Of a stretch of DNA of 64,000 nt, positions 10,320 through 19,744 are shown in pieces. Position 1 is the first letter of the stretch. Each line of letters opens with the position of its first letter. This DNA comes from Longimicrobiales bacterium (GTDB lineage: Bacteria > Gemmatimonadota > Gemmatimonadetes > Longimicrobiales > Gaopeijiaceae), in assembly GCA_965116905.1 (NCBI GenBank), contig OZ220732.1, forward strand, positions 1,056,001 to 1,120,000, in the 5' to 3' direction. Both the position numbers and the translations under genes were made by a program. Under the pieces are notes generated by a model. That model was given only the letters and a program-made list of their open reading frames with translations. It was not told the origin of the DNA and made no database searches.

Positions 10320-12096
10320 CGCCGCCGGGGTCCAGGGTTTCGCCGACAACCGGCAGGTTTCCGCCGTTCAACGGATCCGGGCGGACCTCGGGATCCAGTG
10401 CGAGTTGGAAGGCCGCGAGCGCCTCGGAGATGCCGTCTCCCGCGTAACGGAATTCCTCCGGGATGGCTTTCTTACGGGCTTGGGCCCGGCTCAGCGCCGC
10501 CTGCCTGAGCCTGTCCTCGACACCCGGTGTCGGAGCCGACTCCACCGGCGCGTCGTGGACTGTGGCCAGTTCCGAGTTCAGGTACTCCTTGAATTCGCGG
10601 ATGACGGTCTGCTGGCGGGTGAACTTCTCGCAGTGATGGCCGGTCGCGGCCAGTCGAATCGCGAGGGGCATCATGCGGGGATGGTCCTTGGAGACCCTGG
10701 CGATGTACCGTGAGAAAGCCGGGAGCTGGCGGCTCGTCAGGCGTCGCCGGATTCCCATGATCCCCGCATAGAGCGCGTGCTGGCTCGCGGGCTTGTTGAT
10801 GTGCGGCACGGGGGTGAGGTGCTTCAGCAGGGTCAGGCAGCGCTCAAAGTAGTTTTCCAGCGTCGAGTCGTAGATCGTCCCGATAACCCGCAGATATCCT
10901 TCCACCAACGTTGCGGGGTCCATCTGCGGCTTGAAGTTCAGGGAGGTGGCGTTAATCTCGATGGGCTTGTCCAGCAGTCGGCCCTCGCGCTTCAGGCGTT
11001 TCCACAGGTTGGTGTCCTTGAGCGCGGTGAGCAGGCCGACCAGCGCGATCGGCATCCCTGTTTCCTGAATGAAGTCGATCTGGGCATCGAAGGCGCTCTC
11101 GTCATCCTCATCGAGGCCGAGGATGAAGCCGCCCTGCACCTGCATCCCCTTCTGCTGAATCTTGCGGACGGCGGTGAACAGGTAGTCGTCGTCCCGCATG
11201 CTTATGTTCTGGGGCTTCTTCATCTTCTTGAGAGCTTTCGGATTGGGTGTCTCGATACCCAGGAAGACGGTGTCGAAGCCGGCCTCTATCATCACATCCA
11301 TGAGGTCGTTCATGCGGACGAGGTTCACGCTGGCCTCGGTGGACAGCGCAAACGGATGCCCGCGCTCCTTCTGCCACTCGGCGATCGCCGGGAGAAGACG
11401 CGTCACCTCGCGCTTGTTGCCGATGAAGTTGTCGTCGACCAGGAAGAGGGGGCCGCGCCATCCCAGTTCGTAGAGATGATCGAACTCGGCCACCATCTGC
11501 TCGGGCGTCTTGGTGCGCGACACGCGGCCGTACAGCTTGGTGATGTCGCAGAACTCGCAGTCGAAGGGGCATCCCCGCGAGAACTGCAGGCACATGGAGT
11601 AGTAGTCGTTCATGTCGACCAGGTCGAAGCGCGGAAGCGGCGTGAGGGTCACATCCGGTTTCCTCGGCGCGCGATAGACCCGCTTCGCCGTGCCGTTCTC
11701 GAGGTCACGCAGGAAGGTGGAGAAGGTCTCCTCGACCTCATCGAGGACGAAGTGGTCGATTCCCTCCATCTCGCGGTGGAAGGTGGTGGGGTGGGGACCG
11801 CCGGCGATCATGGGAATCCCGGCCCGGTTGCAGCGCTCCACGACCTGTTCGAGTGACGGCCGCTGTACGATCATCGTCGACGTGAAGGCCAGATCCGCCC
11901 ACTCCAGGTCGCGGTCCTCGAGCGAAGCGACGTTGAGGTCGACCACGCGGAGGTTGTACCGGGACGGGAACATCGCCGCGACGGTGAGCAGGCCGAGCGG
12001 CGGGAAGACGGCCCTGATGCCCAGGAGGTCCAGGGAGAAGTTGTTGCCCCAGTATGTGGGAGGGTGCCTTGGGTAGATGAGGAGGGCGTTCTTCAT
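10303..12096 (-). CDS. swfC: B12-binding radical SAM enzyme (DUF4070-type), SwfC-like, putative methyltransferase
   Basis: N-terminal PPLGLLTVAA...GGPHPT B12-binding region; GCPFDCEFC (CxxxCxxC); VDDNFIGN. Confidence 0.85.
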   Translation of the reverse strand: MKNALLIYPRHPPTYWGNNFSLDLLGIRAVFPPLGLLTVAAMFPSRYNLRVVDLNVASLEDRDLEWADLAFTSTMIVQRPSLEQVVERCNRAGIPMIAGGPHPTTFHREMEGIDHFVLDEVEETFSTFLRDLENGTAKRVYRAPRKPDVTLTPLPRFDLVDMNDYYSMCLQFSRGCPFDCEFCDITKLYGRVSRTKTPEQMVAEFDHLYELGWRGPLFLVDDNFIGNKREVTRLLPAIAEWQKERGHPFALSTEASVNLVRMNDLMDVMIEAGFDTVFLGIETPNPKALKKMKKPQNISMRDDDYLFTAVRKIQQKGMQVQGGFILGLDEDDESAFDAQIDFIQETGMPIALVGLLTALKDTNLWKRLKREGRLLDKPIEINATSLNFKPQMDPATLVEGYLRVIGTIYDSTLENYFERCLTLLKHLTPVPHINKPASQHALYAGIMGIRRRLTSRQLPAFSRYIARVSKDHPRMMPLAIRLAATGHHCEKFTRQQTVIREFKEYLNSELATVHDAPVESAPTPGVEDRLRQAALSRAQARKKAIPEEFRYAGDGISEALAAFQLALDPEVRPDPLNGGNLPVVGETLDPGGDATRV

Positions 12097-12099
12097 GAC

Positions 12100-15000
12100 T
12101 CAGGTGCCCGCTCCGAGGAAGTGATCTTCCGGCGCGTTCGCAAACGCGGACGGGGTGCGGCGGGCCCGCGGCAGGGAGACCTCGGCGGCGCGGCCGGGTC
12201 CGTGCCCGTCCGTCCCGGTCTCTTCCTCGCCGGCGTCCTCCTTCCCATGGATGATGCCCTGCGCCAGCGACAGGGACGAGGCGGTGGTCATGAGTTCGAG
12301 CGCGCTGACGCGGTAGTTGAACTCGGCCTGGATGAAGGTCCCGAGTTCGGCGACCGAGATGGAGGTCAGCCCGAAACCGGACAGCGGTTCGTCCACCTCG
12401 CCGTCCTCGTGACCGCACAGTTCCGCGACCTTGGCGGCGATCTGTTCCACTACGCTCTCGAGCGTGAGTTCTTCGCCGGAACCCGCCTCGAAGGCGTCGT
12501 GATTGTGCATCACCCGCCCGATTCGCATGTAGTCCGGGAAGTCCACGGTCCACGATGGACGTTCGAAGAGTGAGGTGACGAGGTGGGGTCGGCCGGACAG
12601 GGCGCGCAAGGCGTAGTCCAGATTGGCGATCGCGAGATCGGAGCTGACCGGCGGCATGCCGGCTGCACGCATCATGCGCAGCACCGGGAGATTGCGGGCG
12701 GCCATGCCTGCGTCGGCCACGGCGGGCATGTTATAGGTCAGACAGGGCAGGCCCCGCCGGTGGCGGGCCGCGGCCAGGCCGTCCAGAAATCCGTTGGCCC
12801 CGCTGTAGTTGATCTGCCCCGGGTTGCCGAGCATCGAGGCCGTGGACGAGAAGAGGACGAAGTGGTCGAGCTCGTGGCCGGCCGTGGCTCTGTGGAGATG
12901 GTGCGCGCCGGTGGCCTTGGGTGCGAACACCCTCCGCAGGGACTCGCCCGACATGTCGTCGAGCAGACGGTCATCCAGTGCGCCGGCGAGGTGGAACACG
13001 CCCTTGAGCGGCCGTTTGAGCTGCCGGATGCAGCGTTGCACGTCGGCTTCCACCGCCACGTCGCCGGACACGATGTCGATCTCGGCTTCGGCGTCCATGT
13101 AGACGAGCGCACTCGATCGCCGGATCCATTCGGCGTCCCGGCGACGCTGCGGGTCGCGGTCCAGCAGCGTCAGATGCCGCGCGCCGGACGCGACCAGGTA
13201 CGGGATCAGGCGGAGCCCGAAGCCGCCCAGCCCGCCGGTCACGAGGTAGGTAGCGTCCGGATCGAAGAGCGGCCGGACGTCCGCGACCGGGAACCCGGGA
13301 TCGGCGGGGTCCCGCGGCGCCTTGAGCACCAGCTTGCCCTGGTGCCTGCCCGTCGTCATCAGGCGCAGGGCCCTGGCGTAGTCCCGGTACGGAAAGACGG
13401 TGACCGGGAGTGGCGGCAGCGCACCCCGGCCCAGCAGTTCCATGCAGGCCTCGGAGAGCTCGCGCGTGAGTTGCGGGTCGTCGATCATCAGACGGTCCAC
13501 GTCGATGGCCGCGAAGCGAAGGTTCTTCCGGAAGATGCGCAGACCGAGGTCGTTGTCGGCGTAGATGTCGATCTTCCCGATTTCGCATTGCCAGCCACCC
13601 GGGCGGAGCGCCTTCAGACACAGTTCGATATGCCGCCCGGCCAGGGAGTTCAGCACGACGTCGACACCCTCGCCGCCCGTCGCCTTCATCAGGTCGTCGT
13701 ACCAGTCGTAGCTGTGCGAATCGAAGGCCCCTCGCGCGCCCATCGCCAGGAGTTGCTCACGCTTGTCGGCGTTGCCGGCCGTCGTGTAGATCTCGGCGCC
13801 AACGTGCCGGGCGAGCGCGATCGCGGCCTGCCCGACGCCCCCCATGGCGGAGTGGATCAGGACGCGCTGGCCTTTCCCGAGCCGGGCCAGGTGGATCAGG
13901 GAGTAGTAGGCCGTCACGTAGACCGACAGTGTGGACGCGGCCTCCTCCATGCTGAGCCGGTCGGGCCTGGCGAAGACGAGGTATTCGGGGACGACCACGC
14001 GGTTGGCGATGCAGCCGCCCGCGATGAACGCCACCCGGTCCCCGACCGCGCAGTGCCGTACCTTGGACCCGATCCGCCGCACCGTTCCGCTCCCCTCCAT
14101 CCCCACCTCGCGGCCGAGTGCCGAACGCTCGTAGGCCAGTGCGGGCAGCAGCCCCAGCGTGACCATCACGTCGCGGAAGTTGAGCGCCGCCGCTTCGACA
14201 TCGATTTCCACGTCGTGGGGACCCACGGAGGGGAGCTCATACGTTTTCATCTCGAGCCCGGCGATCTGGCCCGGGTTGTCCAGTGTCAGCCGGTACGCCG
14301 CATCGTCCCCGGCGGCCACGTGGGAATACCGCTTCTGGATGCTTGAGATTCGCGGCACCCACAGGCGGCGCTCCCGCACGGCGAGTTCGCGCTCGCGCAG
14401 GTCGCACCGCGCGAGCCAGGCCAGCGTCTGGAGGTCATCCGCGTCACCGAGGTCCACCAGGCGGAAGTCGATCCTGGCTTCGTCGCCGACCTCCATGGCC
14501 ATGCTGCGCACAACCCCCCACAGCGCGCTGCCGCGCGGGTGCTCCACGTCAAGGGCCGCGCGGTGGGTGACCACGGTCAGACGACAGGTATGATCGGCGT
14601 TCGCCAGCCGCGCGGAAACAAGCGCCTGCACGAACCCGACGAAGTGCTCGGTCGCCATCTCGCCCGTCGGATCATCCGGGTCGGCACCGCAGAAGAAGTC
14701 GATCGCGCGCACCTCGCCCGCCCGCGACCACGCCTCAACCGACTCGAACTGTCCTCGGGCGACCACCTCGTGGGGAATGGGCTGGACGGTCTCGGGAGCA
14801 TCCAGCAGCGCGGTCCAGTCGGACGCCCAGCTTGTCGGCTCTCCCAGTACCCAGCGGGGTCCCGGAAGCGGGTCCGAAGGCGGTTCCGGAAGCGGGTCGT
14901 CCGCTGTCTCGTCCGCTGTCGCGCCCGCGTGGAGTGGCGGCGCCTGCAGCAGCGTGGCGGTGCGGCCGGCCCTGACGATCGTCCATCCGCCGCCCGGGTC

Positions 15001-18000
15001 GATGGTGCTGCCGTCCTCGTGTGAGATCAGCGCCAGCCCTCCCGCCACGCACAAGCGCTGCAGGAACCGCCAGCCATCGGGACCAGGCAATTCGTCCGGC
15101 CCGTGCAGGAAAACGGCCTCGACACCGCCAGGGCGAAGGAGTCCCGTGTCCATCGAGGGCTCGGACGCAGGATCGAGGCACTGGAAACGGAGCGCGGCGT
15201 CCTGTTGACCGAAGGCATCGTAGTGGGCCCGGGTCGTCTCCTCGCTGTCGCTCAGCAGCCAGAACTCCGACCGGGCGCGCGGCCCCGTCATGTAGTCCAG
15301 ACAGTCGGCCAGAATGGTCTGACCGGGTTCCCGCGATCCGGCGAACTCGACCACATGACAACCGTATCTCTCGTCCCCTTCCGCGCGTTCGAGCGCCGCG
15401 ATCAGTGTGGCTGGCTCGATCTCGCCCTGCGGTAGCCGGTCCCGAAGGGCCTTGCCCTCTGGAACGGATTTCGGTTGCCAAACGATTTCGTGCTTGCTCT
15501 TCGGCAGGTCGTTCCAGCGCGGATTCGAGGTGAAATACGTGTACAGCCCAATGTGGGCGATGAGATGACCGGTGTCGCTGTCATAGAAGCTGATCGCCCC
15601 TGCGGCCCTTTCGCCGCGCTGTACCGAGTACTGCCCGCGCTCGTTCGCGTCCATCCAGTCGTCGCTGGGTCTGGTTACGTGGCAGGTGATCCGCGGACCG
15701 GTGGGCGGGCGCAGGAAGGTCGTCCGTTCGGCCCGCTGCGGGATGGCGAAGAGGTGGGAAGCGTTCAGCAGGTAAGACAGGAAGACCTGCAGTCCCCCGT
15801 CGAGGAGCGGCGGACACCCGACGTAGCCCTCCTCCCGGCCCGTCGTCCAGAGCTCTTCGTCCATCTCGATGTCGACGATCAGAGCCCTGGATTCGGGAAT
15901 CAGCTCGAACAGGCGTATCGTCTGAAAGTACGGACCGTACTGGAAGGTCTCGCTTAGAACCGCCTCAAGCCGTTCGTAGAAATCGCTCCTGCCGAACACG
16001 GTCTCGCACGCGGACCGGTCGATTTCCTCGAGACGGGCCGGTACGCCGACCGGGTGTTTGGCCTCTATCCGGGCCACCCGGCCCCGACAGTGGATCTCGC
16101 TCGTGGCGTCGACGTCGAACGACCGGGACGAGATCGTGAAGGTGAACTCGTCGGGCGCTCCCGGCACCGGATGCAGGGCGGTCTGCAGCCGGACGGGTGT
16201 CCTGGGGATCGGACAGGGTTGCAGAAACTCGAGCACCTCGAAATGAACGGGAACGCCGTTCAGCGCCTGAAGAACGAGTTCGATGTAGCCCGCGGCCGGC
16301 ATGATCGCGGCGTGATGCACGCGATGGTCGGTCAGCCAGGGGAAGTCCTGCTCGGAAAGCCGTGCCTCGAAGAGAAGGTGGTCGCTCGGGACCCGGTGGC
16401 CCACCAGGGGTCCGTGGGAATACTCTCCCTGCCGGACGAAGAACTCGTTGTCGCAGAGGGTGTCGATCATCACCTGCTCGTCCCGGGGATGGCCTGGAAT
16501 GAGTTGGGCGACGGGCCGCGGCCGCGGATACTGAGCCGCGAAATCGAGTGCTACGCCGGACGTGTACAACGAGGCGAGAGCCTGCTGAAAACCGAGCCGG
16601 TCGTCGCAGTCCCGATGGAGGCTGGGCACGGTTGCCGGCATCGGCGATGTCTGTTCAAGACACTGGGCCACTGAGGATTGCAGCGCGCTGTGCGGGGAGA
16701 TCTCCAGAAACAGATCGGGACGGAAATCGCGCATGATCGCGCCGATCGCGCGTGCGAAGTGCACGGGTTCGCGGATATTCTTCCACCAGTAGGCGCCGTC
16801 GAGGCGTTTCGTGCGGTTGCCGGTGACGGAAGAAACGAACGGGACCCCGGCGTCGCACACGGAGTCGTCCAGGAACGCCAGCGCCTCGTGCGCATCACCC
16901 CGGATGGGATCCATTGCGGAGGAATGGAAGGCGATATTCCCCGCGAGCAGCTGGTTCTGCAGGTTGCGGCGATCGAGTTCCGCCATGACCGGCCTCAACT
17001 GTGCCTCCCTGCCGCACACGACCACGCTGGCCGGCGCGTTCTCGCAGGCGATCTCCACCTGCGTCGGCCGGTCCCCGCCGGTCCGAAACGCGACATTGAG
17101 CGAGTCGAGCAGCTCCTCCACACCCGGAAGATCGAGGCCGATCGCCAGCATCCGCCCGGAACCGGCCCTGCGCTGCTGGAGCGTCGCGCGATGGTAGACG
17201 AGACGCGTTGCCACGGCGAGCGACAAGGCCCCGGAGGCGTAGGCGGCTGCGACCTCGCCCGAACTGTGCCCGACCACGCATTCCGGGTGAACGCCCCAGG
17301 TCTTGAAGAGCTCGAAGAGAGCGCACTGGATCATGAAGATCGCGGGCTGGGCGAGCCGGACCTCGTTGAGTTCCTCCTGGGGGGCGTTGAAGCAGGCGTC
17401 GCGCAGCGAGATGTCCGAGTGTTCCCGCCAGTGGTCTTCGACAGCGTCGATCACCCGGCGAAAGACCGGGTCCGCGTCGTAGAGTCCCCTGCCGCAACCA
17501 GCCCATTGGGTCCCCTGTCCGGCGAACACCATCGCAACTCGTTTCTCGCCGTCTTCAACCGGGGCCACCTTCGGGGGACTCTCGACGAATCTGTCCAGCG
17601 ACGCGAGCAACTCTTTTCGGTTGCGCACCGCAAAGGCGGTTCGGGTTGCGAAATGCGTGCGGCGGCGGCCGAGATTGCCCGCCAGGGTGTAGAGGTCGAT
17701 CCCGTCGTCGGCGATTGCTTCCTTCAGCCGCCGGGCACTCCGGGTCAGGGCTCCGGCGGTACGCGCCGACAGCGGTATGAAGAATCCGCTTTCCGGAGCC
17801 GGATCGGAGGACCAGATTCGCGGTTGTGACGGCTGGTATTCCCGGATCACGCAGTGTCCATTGGCGCCCCCGAAGCCGAAGGAATTGATGCCGACCACCA
17901 CGGGCCGATCCGGGAACGGCTCGCACTCCGTCTGCACCTGCATCGGACAGCTCTCGAAGTCGATTTCGGGATTTGGAACGACGAAGTTGGTCGATGTGGG

Positions 18001-19152
18001 CGCGAAGGTGCGCCGCTGCATCATCAGAATGACCTTGAGCAGGGCGCAGTGAAATGCCGCAGCCTCCATGTGCCCCAGGTTGCTCTTCACGCTGGAGACC
18101 CTTAGCGGCACGTCACGGTCGACCCCGCCAAACGCCTCCGTGATTGCGTTGCCCTCGATGCGGTCGCCCACAACCGTGCCCGTTGCGTGCGCCTCGATGT
18201 AGTCGAACTCTTCCGGTGCGCGGCCGGCGCGGGCACAGGCCTTGCGCATCAGTGCCACCTGCGCGTGTCGGGTGGGCGCGGTGATGTAGCGACCCTGCGC
18301 CAGCCCTTCGCTCCCGTCGGCGGCTCCTGCCGCATTCACGGCGGTGCCTTCGATCACGCCATGGATCGGATCGCCATCCCGTTCCGCGGCCTCGAGTGGC
18401 TTGAGCGCGAAGATGAACGCCCCCTCCGAGCGGATGTAGCCGTTGGCAGCAGCGTCGAAGGAGTGGCATCTGCCATCGGGGCTGATCACGCCCAGCGCAT
18501 TGAATGAAGCGCTCAGGCGGGAGGTTCCGAGGTAGTTGACCGAACCTACCAGAGCCTGATCGCAGTCTCCGCATTGAAGCGCGGTCATGGCCGAGTGAAG
18601 CGCGGTCAGGCTCGCCGAGCAAGCCGTGCAGTACGTGATCGACGGACCCATCAGGTTGAAGTGGTAGGACACCCGATTGGCCAGCATGGCGACGCTGAGC
18701 GTGGTGACGTCGAACGGGCCCGCGCCATGCATGGGGCGCCAGCTGGCGACCGGAGGAACCTGCGCGCCGATGAAGACGCCGGTGGCGCTGTTGTGAAGCG
18801 AGTGCAGACCCCATCCGACCCGCTCGCAGGTCTCCCAGGAGCAGTTCAGCAGCATGCGCACCTGCGGCTCCATGGCCAGCACTTCGTCCTGCGACAGTCC
18901 GAAGAGCTTTGGATCGATGAGCTTTTCGCCGTCCTCACGGATCAGTGCTTCGTACCGGCTGGCGAAGCGTCCGGGCCCGGAAAAGCGGCCGATCGGCCGG
19001 TAGCCCCTGCCGTAGCGGTCGGTGACGGGCTCCTGGACAATCTCGCGGTTGCTGAGCAGCCGCCAGAATCCATCGTCGGTCTTGATCCCGCCCGGCATGC
19101 GATGGCTGTACCCGATGATGGCGACGGGAGATTCCCGTGACATGGCCGTCAT
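12100..19152 (-). CDS. swfA: Mono-modular reducing type I PKS/FAS (KS-AT-DH-[degenerate MT]-ER-KR-ACP), SwfA-like
   Basis: KS CTACSAS/EAHATGT/KSNLGH; AT GHSSG and IAFHS; DH HRVHHAAIMP; ER LIHSAMGGVG; KR VTGGLGGFG/LDD/YSGAN; ACP GLTS; no TE; GAGGAGG RBS. Confidence 0.92.
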   Translation of the reverse strand: MTAMSRESPVAIIGYSHRMPGGIKTDDGFWRLLSNREIVQEPVTDRYGRGYRPIGRFSGPGRFASRYEALIREDGEKLIDPKLFGLSQDEVLAMEPQVRMLLNCSWETCERVGWGLHSLHNSATGVFIGAQVPPVASWRPMHGAGPFDVTTLSVAMLANRVSYHFNLMGPSITYCTACSASLTALHSAMTALQCGDCDQALVGSVNYLGTSRLSASFNALGVISPDGRCHSFDAAANGYIRSEGAFIFALKPLEAAERDGDPIHGVIEGTAVNAAGAADGSEGLAQGRYITAPTRHAQVALMRKACARAGRAPEEFDYIEAHATGTVVGDRIEGNAITEAFGGVDRDVPLRVSSVKSNLGHMEAAAFHCALLKVILMMQRRTFAPTSTNFVVPNPEIDFESCPMQVQTECEPFPDRPVVVGINSFGFGGANGHCVIREYQPSQPRIWSSDPAPESGFFIPLSARTAGALTRSARRLKEAIADDGIDLYTLAGNLGRRRTHFATRTAFAVRNRKELLASLDRFVESPPKVAPVEDGEKRVAMVFAGQGTQWAGCGRGLYDADPVFRRVIDAVEDHWREHSDISLRDACFNAPQEELNEVRLAQPAIFMIQCALFELFKTWGVHPECVVGHSSGEVAAAYASGALSLAVATRLVYHRATLQQRRAGSGRMLAIGLDLPGVEELLDSLNVAFRTGGDRPTQVEIACENAPASVVVCGREAQLRPVMAELDRRNLQNQLLAGNIAFHSSAMDPIRGDAHEALAFLDDSVCDAGVPFVSSVTGNRTKRLDGAYWWKNIREPVHFARAIGAIMRDFRPDLFLEISPHSALQSSVAQCLEQTSPMPATVPSLHRDCDDRLGFQQALASLYTSGVALDFAAQYPRPRPVAQLIPGHPRDEQVMIDTLCDNEFFVRQGEYSHGPLVGHRVPSDHLLFEARLSEQDFPWLTDHRVHHAAIMPAAGYIELVLQALNGVPVHFEVLEFLQPCPIPRTPVRLQTALHPVPGAPDEFTFTISSRSFDVDATSEIHCRGRVARIEAKHPVGVPARLEEIDRSACETVFGRSDFYERLEAVLSETFQYGPYFQTIRLFELIPESRALIVDIEMDEELWTTGREEGYVGCPPLLDGGLQVFLSYLLNASHLFAIPQRAERTTFLRPPTGPRITCHVTRPSDDWMDANERGQYSVQRGERAAGAISFYDSDTGHLIAHIGLYTYFTSNPRWNDLPKSKHEIVWQPKSVPEGKALRDRLPQGEIEPATLIAALERAEGDERYGCHVVEFAGSREPGQTILADCLDYMTGPRARSEFWLLSDSEETTRAHYDAFGQQDAALRFQCLDPASEPSMDTGLLRPGGVEAVFLHGPDELPGPDGWRFLQRLCVAGGLALISHEDGSTIDPGGGWTIVRAGRTATLLQAPPLHAGATADETADDPLPEPPSDPLPGPRWVLGEPTSWASDWTALLDAPETVQPIPHEVVARGQFESVEAWSRAGEVRAIDFFCGADPDDPTGEMATEHFVGFVQALVSARLANADHTCRLTVVTHRAALDVEHPRGSALWGVVRSMAMEVGDEARIDFRLVDLGDADDLQTLAWLARCDLRERELAVRERRLWVPRISSIQKRYSHVAAGDDAAYRLTLDNPGQIAGLEMKTYELPSVGPHDVEIDVEAAALNFRDVMVTLGLLPALAYERSALGREVGMEGSGTVRRIGSKVRHCAVGDRVAFIAGGCIANRVVVPEYLVFARPDRLSMEEAASTLSVYVTAYYSLIHLARLGKGQRVLIHSAMGGVGQAAIALARHVGAEIYTTAGNADKREQLLAMGARGAFDSHSYDWYDDLMKATGGEGVDVVLNSLAGRHIELCLKALRPGGWQCEIGKIDIYADNDLGLRIFRKNLRFAAIDVDRLMIDDPQLTRELSEACMELLGRGALPPLPVTVFPYRDYARALRLMTTGRHQGKLVLKAPRDPADPGFPVADVRPLFDPDATYLVTGGLGGFGLRLIPYLVASGARHLTLLDRDPQRRRDAEWIRRSSALVYMDAEAEIDIVSGDVAVEADVQRCIRQLKRPLKGVFHLAGALDDRLLDDMSGESLRRVFAPKATGAHHLHRATAGHELDHFVLFSSTASMLGNPGQINYSGANGFLDGLAAARHRRGLPCLTYNMPAVADAGMAARNLPVLRMMRAAGMPPVSSDLAIANLDYALRALSGRPHLVTSLFERPSWTVDFPDYMRIGRVMHNHDAFEAGSGEELTLESVVEQIAAKVAELCGHEDGEVDEPLSGFGLTSISVAELGTFIQAEFNYRVSALELMTTASSLSLAQGIIHGKEDAGEEETGTDGHGPGRAAEVSLPRARRTPSAFANAPEDHFLGAGT

Positions 19153-19241
19153 TCCGTCCTCCTCGTGCTGCCGCCTGTCAAGGCCGAGGCACGAGAGCCG
19201 GCGTCCGAACCGGATGCTGGCGAGAGAAGTGCCAAGAGCCC

Positions 19242-19520
19242 CTACATGTTGTCAACCGTGGCCTGAACCGTTTCGTCCGCCTTCGTGAACATCGTCCGGA
19301 GGATCCGCTGCCGACGGAGCTTGATATCCTCCACGATCGCCCACAGGGCTGCCCGGGTCTTGGCCACCACCTCCTCGCGGACCTCGGGAGACAGCGTGGT
19401 GTCGTGCCGGAACTCGTACTTCTCGATCGCGAAGTCCGCGATGTCGAGGATGTTGTCCCCGACAATGTTCAGGTCGATCGCGCTTCTGATCTCGATGGCC
19501 TTCTCGTTGCCGTCCGCCAT
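19242..19520 (-). CDS. Hypothetical 92-aa protein, first gene of the PKS operon
   Basis: Protein-like composition, C/G-ending codons, GGAG RBS, co-oriented with the PKS. Confidence 0.7.
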   Translation of the reverse strand: MADGNEKAIEIRSAIDLNIVGDNILDIADFAIEKYEFRHDTTLSPEVREEVVAKTRAALWAIVEDIKLRRQRILRTMFTKADETVQATVDNM

Positions 19521-19619
19521 GGGCCGCTACTCCGGTGTTGTTGATGGAACGATGATGAAACAGTGATCTATAATGACACGTCGCCCGGCCGTTTTCCAGA
19601 CGCGGCTCCACAACCTTGT

Positions 19620-19655
19620 CCGTTTTTGTCGTATGAATGACCGGTTTTGTCGTAT
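19620..19655. promoter_or_regulatory. Tandem CCGNTTTTGTCGTAT direct repeat (21-bp period), putative regulator site
   Basis: CCGTTTTTGTCGTAT 19620-19634 and CCGGTTTTGTCGTAT 19641-19655 in a divergent intergenic region; same arrangement at 29659-29694. Confidence 0.65.
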
Positions 19656-19744
19656 CATTGCTGGTCGGTGCATGGCATGGCCTGCGGGAGAAGAGCGGAT
19701 TCGACCCCTTTCGTCCGGGTCGATGGAACGGCACAATCAAGCGT

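Noticed and set aside
19569..19574. Sigma70 promoter from a perfect TATAAT
   Set aside because: No -35 element at 16-18 bp spacing, and direction cannot be established
19620..19655. DriD/WYL palindromic operator
   Set aside because: GTCGTAT resembles the half-site I recall, but the copies are direct repeats, the inverted half is poor, and there is no WYL gene in the window
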